Positions 62,253 through 64,000 of a DNA stretch of 64,000 bases are shown in pieces (position 1 is the first letter of the stretch; each line of letters starts with the position of its first letter). This DNA comes from an uncultured delta proteobacterium (lineage in GTDB: Bacteria > Desulfobacterota > Desulfuromonadia > Geobacterales > Pseudopelobacteraceae), in assembly GCA_963772835.1 (NCBI GenBank), contig CAVYYZ010000002.1, positions 96,001 to 160,000 of the forward strand, written 5' to 3'. Both the position numbers and the translations under genes were made by a program. A model generated the notes under the pieces. It saw only the letters and a list, made by a program, of their open reading frames with translations, searched no databases and was not told where the DNA came from.

Positions 62253-62664
62253 GGGAATCTCCCCTGGAAATAAACTTTGTAGAAATAGGCAGTTTATGAG
62301 CAGCAAGCCTGAGGGCTTCACGGGCAATCTCCTCGGTCACACCTTCCATTTCATACAATACTACGCCGGGCTTAATAACGCATACCCATGAATCAGGAGA
62401 TCCTTTTCCTTTACCCATCCTGGTCTCAGCAGGTTTAGCAGTAAGTGGTTTATCGGGGAAAATACGAATCCATATTTTACCACCCCTCTTAATATATCGT
62501 GTCATAGCGATACGAGCTGCCTCAATTTGACGTGAATCAAGCCAGCCGCACTCCGTTGCCTGCAATCCATATTCACCAAAAGAGAGTTCAATACCTCTAC
62601 ACGGCTTCCCGGACATGCGACCCTTCATCTGTTTTCTATGTTTTACCCGTTTCGGCATTAACAT
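62242..62664 (-). CDS. rplP: 50S ribosomal protein L16
   Basis: [18 protein letters not shown]. Confidence 0.98.
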   Translation of the reverse strand: MLMPKRVKHRKQMKGRMSGKPCRGIELSFGEYGLQATECGWLDSRQIEAARIAMTRYIKRGGKIWIRIFPDKPLTAKPAETRMGKGKGSPDSWVCVIKPGVVLYEMEGVTEEIAREALRLAAHKLPISTKFISRGDSHEA

Positions 62665-62697
62665 TGATACGTGCTCCTATTGTGCATTATAAAGAAA

Positions 62698-63330
62698 TTA
62701 CTTACCGGGCAGAATTTCGCCCTTGAAAATTAACACTTTGATACCGATAAGACCATACGTGGTTTTGGCTTCGGCAAATCCGTAGTCAATATCAGCACGT
62801 AACGTATGCAACGGCACTCTGCCTTCACGATACCACTCTGTTCGGGACATCTCGGCACCACCCAAACGTCCAGAGCAGGTAATACGGATTCCCTTTGCTC
62901 CGAATTTAAGAGTAGAAGTTACACTCTTCTTCATTGCTCTTCTGAAAGCGATACGGCGCTCCAGTTGCAAAGCGACATTTTCAGCAACTAACTGAGCGTC
63001 TAACTCAGGCTTACGAACTTCATTTATGGTTATAAAGATCTCTTTTGCTGATATTTGAGCAAGCTCTTTTTTAATTGTTTCTACTTCTGACCCTTTCTTA
63101 CCAATGATAAGACCCGGCCTGGCTGTAAAAATATTAATTTTGCACTTGTTGGCAGCACGCTCAATTTCAATTTTTGAAACACCCGAACTGTACAGGCGCT
63201 TTTTGAGAAATTTTCGAATTGCCAAGTCTTCGTGCAGCAGTTTTGCATAATCTGCTTCGGCATACCACTTGGAATCCCAAGTTTTAGTCACACCGAGTCT
63301 GAAGCCAATCGGATTTATTTTTTGTCCCAA
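62698..63330 (-). CDS. rpsC: 30S ribosomal protein S3
   Basis: [27 protein letters not shown]. Confidence 0.98.
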   Translation of the reverse strand: MGQKINPIGFRLGVTKTWDSKWYAEADYAKLLHEDLAIRKFLKKRLYSSGVSKIEIERAANKCKINIFTARPGLIIGKKGSEVETIKKELAQISAKEIFITINEVRKPELDAQLVAENVALQLERRIAFRRAMKKSVTSTLKFGAKGIRITCSGRLGGAEMSRTEWYREGRVPLHTLRADIDYGFAEAKTTYGLIGIKVLIFKGEILPGK

Positions 63331-63352
63331 CCTACACCTCCACGTATTAAAA

Positions 63353-63688
63353 CTATTTCGAGTCTGAAAGGGTTACAGCAATATGACTAGTAGGTTTACG
63401 TATTTTGCTGGCACGCCCCATAGCACGAGGTACAAAACGTTTAAGTGCAGCACCGCCATCTACATAAATCGATTTAACAACAAGACGATCGACATCGGAT
63501 ACGCCCTTTTGCTCAGCGTTAGCAACAGCAGACTTAAGAAGTTTTGAAACAAGCTTGGCAGAAGGCTGAGGCATGAACCGCAAAATATTCAGTGCATCTT
63601 GAATACCTTTCCCACGCACAAGATCAACTACTAGACGAGTTTTGCGTGGCGAAAGGCGCACAGATGAAAGTTTAGCGTTTGATTCCAT
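63353..63688 (-). CDS. rplV: 50S ribosomal protein L22
   Basis: [19 protein letters not shown]. Confidence 0.98.
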   Translation of the reverse strand: MESNAKLSSVRLSPRKTRLVVDLVRGKGIQDALNILRFMPQPSAKLVSKLLKSAVANAEQKGVSDVDRLVVKSIYVDGGAALKRFVPRAMGRASKIRKPTSHIAVTLSDSK

Positions 63689-63703
63689 TTAAAAGCTCCC
63701 TTA

Positions 63704-63982
63704 CTACTTTTTGACTTTGCTCTTTTTATCAGCGGCATGACCGTGAAATGTTCTAGTTGGAGCGAATTCACCCATTTTGTGGCCAACCATATTCTCCGTA
63801 ACGAAGACAGGGATGAATTTCTTACCGTTATGAACCGCAAAACTACAGCCGATAAAATCAGGACTGATTGTAGAACGGCGCGACCAGGTCTTAATAATCT
63901 TTTTGGAATTAGGACCTTCTGCCAGAACTTTTTTGTTCAGGTGGTCGTCAATAAATGGACCTTTTTTAATTGAACGTGCCAT
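63704..63982 (-). CDS. rpsS: 30S ribosomal protein S19
   Basis: [28 protein letters not shown]. Confidence 0.98.
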   Translation of the reverse strand: MARSIKKGPFIDDHLNKKVLAEGPNSKKIIKTWSRRSTISPDFIGCSFAVHNGKKFIPVFVTENMVGHKMGEFAPTRTFHGHAADKKSKVKK

Positions 63983-64000
63983 AATTTCTCAGCCTCTCGA

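Noticed and set aside
53424..63330. Many TTG/GTG starts and Zn-ribbon forms of S4, S14 and L36
   Set aside because: Ordinary features of ribosomal operons in this lineage.

Overview
Bacterial chromosome segment, most likely from a Geobacteraceae/Desulfuromonadales anaerobe (inferred from protein similarity and r-protein gene order). About 51.8 kb of organic-acid catabolism abuts the 3' end of the S10-spc-alpha ribosomal operon (rpsS to rplQ, 51.9-64 kb). The catabolic part has three blocks. (1) 1-13.6 kb: class II (tungsten) benzoyl-CoA reductase bamBC and partial bamD, bamQ/bamR, lower-pathway beta-oxidation enzymes, a PcaF-type thiolase, and a divergent module of three related GNAT domains plus a cysteine-free Rrf2 repressor (BadL/BadM/BgeR-like). 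A shared operator, RGTA-N6-TACY, usually next to a TTGACA, occurs at four promoters. (2) 14.9-27.7 kb: a sigma54-type operon (acyl-CoA dehydrogenase, feruloyl-CoA-synthase-like ligase, aromatic-acid ABC importer, Ldh_2/HcxB-like dehydrogenase) with a visible -24/-12 promoter and tandem enhancer boxes. It is a candidate anaerobic arylpropanoid funnel. (3) 25.8-51.7 kb (shares the activator gene with block 2): an expanded liu (isovaleryl-CoA) operon ending in that sigma54 activator, a divergent ABC importer with an embedded acyl-CoA ligase, and a MerR/LiuR-like regulator with TTACGTAA-type boxes. No tRNA, rRNA, CRISPR or transposase was seen. All calls come from visual motif recognition; no database searches were run.
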